From: Fusobacteriaceae bacterium
Lineage (GTDB): Bacteria > Fusobacteriota > Fusobacteriia > Fusobacteriales > Fusobacteriaceae
DNA: 64,000 nt
Assembly: GCA_051659505.1 (NCBI GenBank)
Contig: JBOFOQ010000013.1
Coordinates: forward strand, 4,732 to 68,731
Direction: 5' to 3'
This document shows, one piece after another, positions 27,068 to 35,078 of the stretch (its first letter is position 1; every line of letters begins with the position of its first letter). Both the position numbers and the translations under genes were made by a program. The notes beneath the pieces were generated by a model, which searched no databases, was not told where the DNA came from, and saw nothing but the letters and a program-made list of their open reading frames with translations.

Positions 27068-27096
27068 TTGAAAAAATATTAGTAAAATTTTATAAG
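27068..27096 (+). promoter_or_regulatory. Possible promoter of the ParA-integrase module
   Basis: TTGAAA-N17-TATAAG, 22 nt upstream of the parA-like start. Confidence 0.25.
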
Positions 27097-27117
27097 TTTG
27101 TAATTATGGAGGAATAT

Positions 27118-27816
27118 ATGAATAAAACAATATTAATAAAAAATAATAAAGGTGGTGTTGGCAAGAGTTGGATAACATTGCAAATAGCACATGGCTTATC
27201 CTTAATAACAGATAAAAAAGTATTAATACTAACTTCTGACTCTCAAAACAATATTTTAAATTATAGCGGTATCTCTTGTGATTATAATAAAGGATTAGAA
27301 GATTGGTTGGAACTAGGTGTAGGAGAGAAAATAAACATCAGAGAAAGCTTACAATTCATCCCACTAACTTGTGATTTTATAAAAAAAATACATCAAGAGA
27401 AATTTGATAACTTCATTCAAAAATTAAAAAATGAATATGAATACATATTAATTGACTCGAGCCCAGTATTAACATTAGATAAATGTTTTATGGATATAGC
27501 AGATGAAATAATCATACCTACATTCCTGGACAATGTAACAACTCATTCAATTTTCAATATGTTAGAAAAAATTGATAAAAATAAAATTGCTGCTATTATC
27601 CCAAATAAATTTTCTAGAACTAAAATAGAGAAACTGTTTTATACAGAACTTTCTAATACTTTTAAAAATACTAACATATTGCTTACAGTCCCAGTTGCAC
27701 AGAGTGCCTTTATTGGTGCTTTAATAGATAGAGGGAAAACAATATGGGAAACTAGAAACAAAGCTTTAAAAGATACCACACAGGTATTTATAGATATAGT
27801 AGAAATATTAATATAG
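27118..27816 (+). CDS. ParA/Soj-family partition ATPase
   Basis: Has the deviant Walker A KNNKGGVGKSW, TSDSQNN, and a Walker B-like ILIDSSP. I place the start at ATG 27118 (GGAGGA RBS). Confidence 0.8.
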   Translation: MNKTILIKNNKGGVGKSWITLQIAHGLSLITDKKVLILTSDSQNNILNYSGISCDYNKGLEDWLELGVGEKINIRESLQFIPLTCDFIKKIHQEKFDNFIQKLKNEYEYILIDSSPVLTLDKCFMDIADEIIIPTFLDNVTTHSIFNMLEKIDKNKIAAIIPNKFSRTKIEKLFYTELSNTFKNTNILLTVPVAQSAFIGALIDRGKTIWETRNKALKDTTQVFIDIVEILI

Positions 27817-27825
27817 GAGAACAAC

Positions 27826-28521
27826 ATGGCAATAAACAAAGAAGCAATCAATAAACTAAAAAATAGTTTAATAGTTACTAAATATCAATCAACTTTTGAT
27901 TTCGCAACTTTCGAAATTGAAAAAGAAGTAGCATTAGTTATAACAGAAAATGAAAGTGTTATTGCTACTTCATTAAACCGAATTAGAAAAGCAACTCTTG
28001 ATGTTTGTACATCTTTATATAACACTTCAGTTATCCTAAAACCACATGGATGTTTTATGGAGTGGTATGAACAATTTTATACAAAAGATGAAGTTTCTAT
28101 TCTTATGAGAAGATACGAGCTTTATCTTAACTATCCTGACTTTAAAGAATACATTTTTTCTTTATCGGATGCAGCAATAAAAGAAATTAAAAGAATAACA
28201 GATGAAACTATAATTCTTGAAATTATGAATTTAAAATTAAGAAAGCTGGAAGATATTAGGAAATATCTAATAGTTGAAATTCCAATAAGTGAAAAAGAAA
28301 ATGAAGTAGTAATAAAAATAGAAAGCAATTTTTCCTACAAAATAAGAGATATTAAAGAAGATTTTAAAACTGAACTTGAAACAGTTGAAGATACTACTGT
28401 TTTAAAAAAAGATTTAAATTCTTTGAAAAAAATTATAAAAGAATTAGAGGAATTTTTAGAGGAAAAAGAATTGAAAAACACCAATAAAAATAATTTAAAA
28501 CTGGAGGGGCTAAATGAGTAA
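27826..28521 (+). CDS. ParA-associated protein (possible centromere-binding partner), unknown family
   Basis: 231 aa, 9 nt after the parA stop, with a coiled-coil C-terminus. Confidence 0.5.
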   Translation: MAINKEAINKLKNSLIVTKYQSTFDFATFEIEKEVALVITENESVIATSLNRIRKATLDVCTSLYNTSVILKPHGCFMEWYEQFYTKDEVSILMRRYELYLNYPDFKEYIFSLSDAAIKEIKRITDETIILEIMNLKLRKLEDIRKYLIVEIPISEKENEVVIKIESNFSYKIRDIKEDFKTELETVEDTTVLKKDLNSLKKIIKELEEFLEEKELKNTNKNNLKLEGLNE

Positions 28522-28690
28522 TAGTTGGCAAAATAAATATTTGTTGGATCATGAGTTTATAGATTATCTTCATGATTGTAAAATAAGATATTGTTATACA
28601 TCCCATGAATTCAGAAATAAAAATTCTGAAATAATAGGAAGTATTGATATTGATAATTATTATAAAACTTTTGAAGTTGTTAAAATTTAA
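28514..28690 (+). CDS. Small phage protein (58 aa)
   Basis: Not in the ORF track. The ATG overlaps the previous stop region, and a GGAGGGG RBS is present. Confidence 0.45.
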   Translation: MSNSWQNKYLLDHEFIDYLHDCKIRYCYTSHEFRNKNSEIIGSIDIDNYYKTFEVVKI

Positions 28691-28718
28691 TATAATTTAT
28701 AAAAAAGGAGATGATAAA

Positions 28719-28835
28719 ATGACAGGAACTGTAATATTAAAAAATGATACTAATGAAAAGAATTTAATTGCTATTGTTGCTAGAATAAAAAAACTAGCTT
28801 TAGCTAAAATTGAAGTGAAAAAAGATGAAAAATAA
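28719..28835 (+). CDS. Small phage protein (38 aa), possible recombination directionality factor by position only
   Basis: AAGGAG RBS. It overlaps the integrase start by 11 nt. Confidence 0.4.
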   Translation: MTGTVILKNDTNEKNLIAIVARIKKLALAKIEVKKDEK

Positions 28836-30174
28836 GGTTGCAATTTATGCGAGAGAGAGTACAGATAAACAAGACCTTGATAAACTTGTTGATATGTGTG
28901 TAATTGAAGCTCATAAGCTAGGCTATGATAACTATGAATTATATAAAGATGTTGGTTCTGGAACTTCTAATACAAGAAAAATGTATCTTGAATTAATAAA
29001 AGATATAAAATCTAACAAAGTAAAAATTTTAATCTTGTATGAAAGTTCAAGGATAACAAGAGATACGCTGGAACATCAAATATTTTTTAGGATTTTACAA
29101 GAATATGGTGTTAAACTTTATATTCTGAATAGAGGTTGGGTTGATCCTGATGATGAAAATGATGAATTCACTTCTGCTCTTTTTAACTTATTAGATGCTA
29201 AAGAAGTAAAGAGGTTGAGAGCTCGTGTTAAAGATGCTATGGCTCATATAAAAAACAGTGGGCGTTGGACTGGTGGCGACCCTCCTCTTGGCTATTCTCT
29301 TATAAATAAGAAGTTACATGTTAATGATGATGCCATTATTGTTAAAGAAATATTTGAATTGTTTTTAACTGGAGAGAATAGAAGCAAAATAGCAAAAACA
29401 TTCAATCTTAATTTAAAAAAAGTTGTTAGAATTCTTAAGAACCCAATCTACATCGGAAAACTTAAAAAAAATGAAATAACTACCGTAAATAGAAAACCAA
29501 TTTATAATAAAATATATGAAGTTGTAGATGGAATTCATGAACCAATAATTTCAGAAACAGATTTTAGAAATGTCCAAAATATATTAAAAACTATTATAAG
29601 AGAAACTACTTCTGTTGAGTGCTGCTTCAAAGACATATTAAAGTGTTATTGTGGTGAAAAGCTTTATCCTAAAAAACCTGATATTTATCATAAAAAATTT
29701 TATTATTACTGTAATTGTGGTTCAAAAATAATAAAAGAAGATGAACTTTTAGAATCAGTTTTAATAACTTTAAAAGATGTGATATTATCTCTAGACTTAA
29801 TCCAAGCAAATACTGATATATCTGATTTTAATAATCAAACTAGTTTTTATAAAAGAGAATTAAGTAAAATTCCAGGAAAAGAAGAAAAACTCATAACAAA
29901 ATTAATCGATGGCTCTATATCTGATTTCCTATATGAAAAACAACTAATTAGATTAAATGAATTAAAAGAAGAATATAAAGATAAATTAAATAAGCTTGAA
30001 AATATTAGACAAAGTGAATTAAGTAGAGAAAATACTGTTGATTTATTGAAAAATTATTTTCATAAAATTTCTGAAGAAAAAAATCCAAAAGAATTAAATA
30101 TTTTTTTCAAATTAATTATAGATAAAATTGAGTTTATTAACTCACATAGGTTTCAGCTACATTTAAAAATATGA
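28825..30174 (+). CDS. Large serine recombinase (phage integrase)
   Basis: VAIYARESTDKQD carries the catalytic serine motif within a resolvase-type N-domain. This is followed by a recombinase domain, a Cys cluster (CCFKDILKCYCG...YYCNCG) and a coiled-coil C-terminus. Confidence 0.85.
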   Translation: MKNKVAIYARESTDKQDLDKLVDMCVIEAHKLGYDNYELYKDVGSGTSNTRKMYLELIKDIKSNKVKILILYESSRITRDTLEHQIFFRILQEYGVKLYILNRGWVDPDDENDEFTSALFNLLDAKEVKRLRARVKDAMAHIKNSGRWTGGDPPLGYSLINKKLHVNDDAIIVKEIFELFLTGENRSKIAKTFNLNLKKVVRILKNPIYIGKLKKNEITTVNRKPIYNKIYEVVDGIHEPIISETDFRNVQNILKTIIRETTSVECCFKDILKCYCGEKLYPKKPDIYHKKFYYYCNCGSKIIKEDELLESVLITLKDVILSLDLIQANTDISDFNNQTSFYKRELSKIPGKEEKLITKLIDGSISDFLYEKQLIRLNELKEEYKDKLNKLENIRQSELSRENTVDLLKNYFHKISEEKNPKELNIFFKLIIDKIEFINSHRFQLHLKI

Positions 30175-30210
30175 TTAAAGAATAATAAATATTCCTTAAT
30201 CATATTTTTT
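30165..30210. terminator. Bidirectional hairpin between the integrase and the S8 protease gene
   Basis: A 14-bp stem, aaaaatatgattaa / ttaatcatattttt, with an 18-nt loop, flanked by A and T runs. Confidence 0.55.
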
Positions 30211-30217
30211 TATACAG

Positions 30218-32482
30218 CTACACTCTTATTTTTATATTAGATTTTAGTTTTATTTCTCTTTGTATAAAATTATATTCATTTAATTTTGATACTACATCAT
30301 CGTATACCTCTATATTTTTTTCTGGGTCAGAAATAGTTATAATTATACATATTTCTTGACTAATAGATTTTCTTTGTGATTCATATAGCATCTCTAAATT
30401 CTTACGATAACTTCCTTCCAAAGAAAGAAACCATTTTTTAGGTGCTTTTAAATAATATTCTTTATTCGTATCTGTAAGCATTTCTAAATCTAATGAATAT
30501 TTTTTTATTGGGCAATATTTATTCCCGTATCGAACCAATAATCTTTCTTTTGCAATAAAATCATTTTTACCTTTAAAATTTTTTACATTTTTCGAATAAA
30601 TACTATCTAATAATAAATTTTTATTCCCTTCCTTTCCAATTGGATTTAGTATAAATGGCTTACTTGTGTCTCTTGACACTTTTTCATCATAAGTTCCTAG
30701 CTTTACTTCTAAATTAGATTGACAATATTCTCCACCTTCTGTTCCTTCTAGTAAAGAAGACGCTCCTACAGTAACTTTTATTCTCCCTCTATAAAATCCA
30801 TCATCTGTAATTAATTTTTCTGGAAATGGAAATTCTAATATGTCAACTTCCTCACTCTTGTTCAATGTTTGTCTTAATATTAAAGTTATTTCATTCTTTG
30901 TATTATAGCAAATCTGCTCTATAGTATCGGGAATACCAAATCCATATTGATTCAGTTTTTCAGATTGGGACAAATCATTTTCTGAATATTTAGCTGAATG
31001 AATCAACAAAGTTTTTATCAACAAAGGATCAAAAGATTCGTTTAACTCTGTTGCTAGTGTAGAAGCTAATGATGCTACTCTCGGAGTAGAAAAACTAGTC
31101 CCACTTGACGTTACTATTTCCCCATTCTCTGAAAATGATTTTACATTTTCGCCTACATGTACTAATTCCGGCTTTACAATGTAGCAAGGACCTTTTCCTA
31201 TTCTACTAAATTTAGAGATTTTTTTATTTATATCGCAGCTTCCAATAGTCAAAGCTCTAATTGAGTCAGCACCATTAGTAATTCTAGATACTGGTATATT
31301 TTTCTTGAAATTATCACAATTACCTGCAGACTTAATTATTAGTATATTATATTCATCTTGAAGCTCATCTAAGGCCATGGCAAAATCAGAAAATTTATCT
31401 ATGTCCGATTCAACCGAACTTCCTATTGATAGTGTCCAAATATTAACCTCTGGATATCTCTCTATATTCTCTCTAATATTATCAATTATTTCAGTTTCAT
31501 AGATCATTTGTTTTTTTATATTTGGAATAATTGCTGCATCTATAATTCTACATCTATTAGCACCAGTTAAACTTTCTCCTTCTAATTTATCTCCACAACA
31601 TACTATTCCCGCTACAAAAGTTCCATGAGCTCTACACATATCTTCGTCTATATAATTTGTATTTCTATCTTTAATGAAATTTTTTAATGGAAAGTTCTTT
31701 GAAATTCCAGAATCTAAAACTCCAACTAAAGGATATTCTTTCTCTTCTAATATTTTTTCATCATCAAATAATATACCACCACTATGCCCTAAAAAATTTC
31801 CTGTTACAACTGGCATTGGCTCTAAAGATAGCACCATACTATTATCTTTAACTATATTAGATACTATTTTGGCATTCCCTTTTATTTCATATATATTAAG
31901 CCCTTTATTATAATTGCACTTTTTATATTCAATTTTTTCTTTATCAAATAACTTTTCAAAATAATTACTTAAAACTGTATTTTCTTTATTATCTTTAAAT
32001 TTTACTAGCTTAAGTTTTAAAATTTCTTCATTTCCTTCGTTTATATCACTTTTTAGAATCTGAATTTTCTCTATTGCAGAAATTCCTTTATCATAACGAG
32101 TAAAATCTTTTATTTTGTTTAATATTTCTTCTGATTCTAACTTTGAAATTTTAAATAATAATTTGTCATCCCCTTTTACTCCAATAATATTATTAACATT
32201 ATCACAAAATATTTTATTTATAGCCTCTCTATGACTTTTTGCAATGGAGTCTTTTATTATTTTTACCTCCATTATGGAAGAACCACATCCTAACAAAGAT
32301 TTATCTCTTATTTGTTTACTTTTAAATGAAAATAAGTCTTTAGTTAATATTTCAGCTTGTTTTTCTAATCTCTCCCCTGATAAAATCCATGATACCGGCT
32401 TATTTCCTCCTCCTCCTTCTACTCTTCTCTCATCTACTTGATTCCTTCTCTCGAATATTCTTATTGGTAATTTTCTTTCCAT
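30218..32482 (-). CDS. Cytoplasmic subtilisin-family (S8) serine protease with large N- and C-terminal extensions; IetS-like
   Basis: 754 aa with catalytic Asp VGVLDSGIS, His AHGTFVAGIV and Ser SSGTSFSTPRVA. No signal peptide. Its ATG lies 2 nt after the stop of the ATPase gene. Confidence 0.8.
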   Translation of the reverse strand: MERKLPIRIFERRNQVDERRVEGGGGNKPVSWILSGERLEKQAEILTKDLFSFKSKQIRDKSLLGCGSSIMEVKIIKDSIAKSHREAINKIFCDNVNNIIGVKGDDKLLFKISKLESEEILNKIKDFTRYDKGISAIEKIQILKSDINEGNEEILKLKLVKFKDNKENTVLSNYFEKLFDKEKIEYKKCNYNKGLNIYEIKGNAKIVSNIVKDNSMVLSLEPMPVVTGNFLGHSGGILFDDEKILEEKEYPLVGVLDSGISKNFPLKNFIKDRNTNYIDEDMCRAHGTFVAGIVCCGDKLEGESLTGANRCRIIDAAIIPNIKKQMIYETEIIDNIRENIERYPEVNIWTLSIGSSVESDIDKFSDFAMALDELQDEYNILIIKSAGNCDNFKKNIPVSRITNGADSIRALTIGSCDINKKISKFSRIGKGPCYIVKPELVHVGENVKSFSENGEIVTSSGTSFSTPRVASLASTLATELNESFDPLLIKTLLIHSAKYSENDLSQSEKLNQYGFGIPDTIEQICYNTKNEITLILRQTLNKSEEVDILEFPFPEKLITDDGFYRGRIKVTVGASSLLEGTEGGEYCQSNLEVKLGTYDEKVSRDTSKPFILNPIGKEGNKNLLLDSIYSKNVKNFKGKNDFIAKERLLVRYGNKYCPIKKYSLDLEMLTDTNKEYYLKAPKKWFLSLEGSYRKNLEMLYESQRKSISQEICIIITISDPEKNIEVYDDVVSKLNEYNFIQREIKLKSNIKIRV

Positions 32483-32484
32483 CT

Positions 32485-33585
32485 TTAATCATCCCCTTTT
32501 AACAAATTATTAACTTGTCTTGCAGACATTGAATAATAATTAATTATATCTTTTTTAGTCACTCCATTTTCATATAAAAATATATATTTATTCATCTCTG
32601 ATTTTTTCGTTATGTAAATTTGTTCTAACATTTCAATTCTTCCTATTTTATTTTTTTGATTAATAATAGCTTTCTTCAATATATTTTGTACAATAATTTT
32701 TATTTCTGCTGCCGATATTCCCACAAATAATTTTACAATATTATTTAAATTTTTATCATCTACATCTAATTTTATTTTAAGTTCCTTAATTAAGCTATTA
32801 ATCAATTTTAAAATATTTTCTTTCTCAGGATACTCTATTTCTATTTTTGAAGAAAATCTTCTCCAAATAGCTGGGTCCAGTAATTTTTCATGATTAGTTG
32901 CTGCAATCAAAATATTATTTCCTTCTGTAAAATTATCTATATTTTGTAAAAGTGTATTTACCACTCTTTTCAATTCTCCAACCTCATGAGAGTCATCTCT
33001 TGATTTAGCTATAGCATCAAACTCATCTAAAAATAAAACACAAGGTCTAGCTTTTGCATAATCAAAAATTTTTCTAATATTTTTAGAAGTATTTCCTAAC
33101 AAAGAAGAAACTAATCCATCTAATCTTGCAACAACTAAAGGCAACTCTAATTCATTTGCTATATAATGTGCCAATGATGTTTTTCCTGTTCCTGGAGGTC
33201 CGTATAACAAAAGAGAAGAAGGTAGTTCTAATCCATGACTAATTAATAAAGATTTGTTTTGTAGTAACTTTATATAATCATCTACCTCTTCTTCTACTCT
33301 ATGTGATAAGTACAAATCAGACTTTTGAGGTTTTAAGTATACATCTACCATTTCTAGTTTACTATCTTCATCTTTTGGTTTTAAAACAAATTCATCAAAC
33401 TGCACCGTATTAATAAAGTACTTCTGCTCTAAAATATTTAATATTCTTTCAGAATATTTTAATTCTCCTTCTTTAATTAATTTTGCAGAAAGTAATTCAG
33501 CATATTTTTTTACTTTTTCAGAATTTTTTTCTAATCCTGCTTCTATTATCTTCAACATTTCCGTTCTAAGTTTCATTTTTTTCAC
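32485..33585 (-). CDS. AAA+ ATPase (classic clade); IetA-like
   Basis: 366 aa with Walker A LLYGPPGTGKTS, Walker B VLFLDEFDAI, sensor-1 IAATNH and the Arg-finger region DPAIWRRF. Confidence 0.85.
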   Translation of the reverse strand: MKKMKLRTEMLKIIEAGLEKNSEKVKKYAELLSAKLIKEGELKYSERILNILEQKYFINTVQFDEFVLKPKDEDSKLEMVDVYLKPQKSDLYLSHRVEEEVDDYIKLLQNKSLLISHGLELPSSLLLYGPPGTGKTSLAHYIANELELPLVVARLDGLVSSLLGNTSKNIRKIFDYAKARPCVLFLDEFDAIAKSRDDSHEVGELKRVVNTLLQNIDNFTEGNNILIAATNHEKLLDPAIWRRFSSKIEIEYPEKENILKLINSLIKELKIKLDVDDKNLNNIVKLFVGISAAEIKIIVQNILKKAIINQKNKIGRIEMLEQIYITKKSEMNKYIFLYENGVTKKDIINYYSMSARQVNNLLKGDD

Positions 33586-33626
33586 CCTTTTTCATTTTAA
33601 TTAATTATATCACACTTTATAATTTA

Positions 33627-33694
33627 AACAACGTTTTTTTTAAATAAAATACATATAAAACACTTTTAAAAACGTTTTTTTGAAATAAAATACA
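33627..33694. repeat. Two ~25-nt direct repeats in the region upstream of the ATPase gene
   Basis: aacgttttttttaaataaaatacat and aacgtttttttgaaataaaatacat, with starts about 41 nt apart. Confidence 0.7.
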
Positions 33695-33830
33695 TTTTTT
33701 CGTTTAAAATATCATTTTAGCCCCACAATAAAAAATAGGAATAAATAGAATATTACTTCTCTTTACTCCTGTTTTTTTTGTATAGCTTCTTCTACTTTCT
33801 TGTTCTCACTATACTGCTCTAAAGAATTTT

Positions 33831-34349
33831 TTAATTTATTTTTCTCAAGTATTCTGCTAATATCCCATCAAAAGCTAAATGCCATTTTTCTTTATATTTT
33901 TCATAAAGCACTGGCTCTTCTATTTTATAATCTTCTTTAAATTTTTCAAGCTTATCTTTTTCACCATAAAGTTCTATATGCCTTTTATGTTTTTCCAATA
34001 TCAAGTTATAAGTATCAAGGCTGCATTCTATATGTAAAACATCTAATAATTTATCTAAATTTTCTTCTTTCACTATTTTTGAATTATAGTTAAATCCTTT
34101 TACTAAAAAGTTATAAAAATTGGAAGTTAAATAACTTGTAGGAGAATAACCTTTAACCAAAATATTAAAAAGAGTTTTTAGTTCTTTATATTCTTTATAT
34201 CGTAAACCATAATCTTTTATAAAATCTTCATAAGTATAATTTACAACAGCATTATCATATTTTTTTAATATTTTATTTAAAGTATATCTTACTCCTTCCT
34301 TTGGTTCATATTGTTCATCAATTTTTTTTATCTTTTCATGAATTATCAT
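33831..34349 (-). CDS. Hypothetical protein
   Basis: 172 aa with a strong RBS (AAAGGAGGGG). It lies 63 nt downstream of the O-methyltransferase gene on the same strand. No motif recognised. Confidence 0.65.
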   Translation of the reverse strand: MIIHEKIKKIDEQYEPKEGVRYTLNKILKKYDNAVVNYTYEDFIKDYGLRYKEYKELKTLFNILVKGYSPTSYLTSNFYNFLVKGFNYNSKIVKEENLDKLLDVLHIECSLDTYNLILEKHKRHIELYGEKDKLEKFKEDYKIEEPVLYEKYKEKWHLAFDGILAEYLRKIN

Positions 34350-34412
34350 TAACCCCTCCTTTATACTCTAAAAAATTAAAAGTAGTGAATATCCCCAATA
34401 ACTATCTATCTT

Positions 34413-35063
34413 TTATTTTACACTTAGTTTAGAAGAAACGAGACCAACCCCATCGCCAAAAGGTAGCAAGACAAAATTATGACTTTCATATAAGTAATCA
34501 ATAAACTTATCTAATTTTTTAACTATTGTCTTAAATCTTTTAGGGTATTCTTTATATAAATAACCTCTGAACATTATGTTATCTATAAAAATTATTCCGT
34601 CTCTACTTAACATTTTATATGATTCTTCAAAGAAATTTTGATATTGACCCTTAGAAGCATCTATAAAAATAAAGTCAAAAGACTCTTTTTGTTCAACTAA
34701 ATTAGGGAGAACTTCATTGGCATCTCCTAGATAAGTCATAATATTTGTATAACCTGACTCTTTAAAATTTTTCTTAGCCTCTTCATATCTGATTTCATCT
34801 ATCTCAATTGTTACTAGTTTTCCTTTTTTTTCATTCATAGCCTCTAACATTACTATTCCAGAATAACCAATAGCTGTTCCTATTTCTAAAATAGAGTTAA
34901 ATTTATGACTTTTAATTAAAAATTCTAAATATTTAGCTACTTCTTTTGTTATTATTGGAACATTATTTTCCCTTGCATACTCTTCCATTTTTATAATTAA
35001 TTTATTTTTTTCAACTATTTTTTTTATTATATATTCATTAGCTTCTTTTAATTCTTCCAGCAC
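34413..35063 (-). CDS. Class I SAM-dependent O-methyltransferase (YrrM/caffeoyl-CoA OMT-like family)
   Basis: Has ILEIGTAIGYSG (SAM motif I) and FIDA, at 216 aa. It lies downstream of rsmB, as yrrM-type genes often do. Confidence 0.75.
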   Translation of the reverse strand: MLEELKEANEYIIKKIVEKNKLIIKMEEYARENNVPIITKEVAKYLEFLIKSHKFNSILEIGTAIGYSGIVMLEAMNEKKGKLVTIEIDEIRYEEAKKNFKESGYTNIMTYLGDANEVLPNLVEQKESFDFIFIDASKGQYQNFFEESYKMLSRDGIIFIDNIMFRGYLYKEYPKRFKTIVKKLDKFIDYLYESHNFVLLPFGDGVGLVSSKLSVK

Positions 35064-35078
35064 TTTTCCAACTCCACC

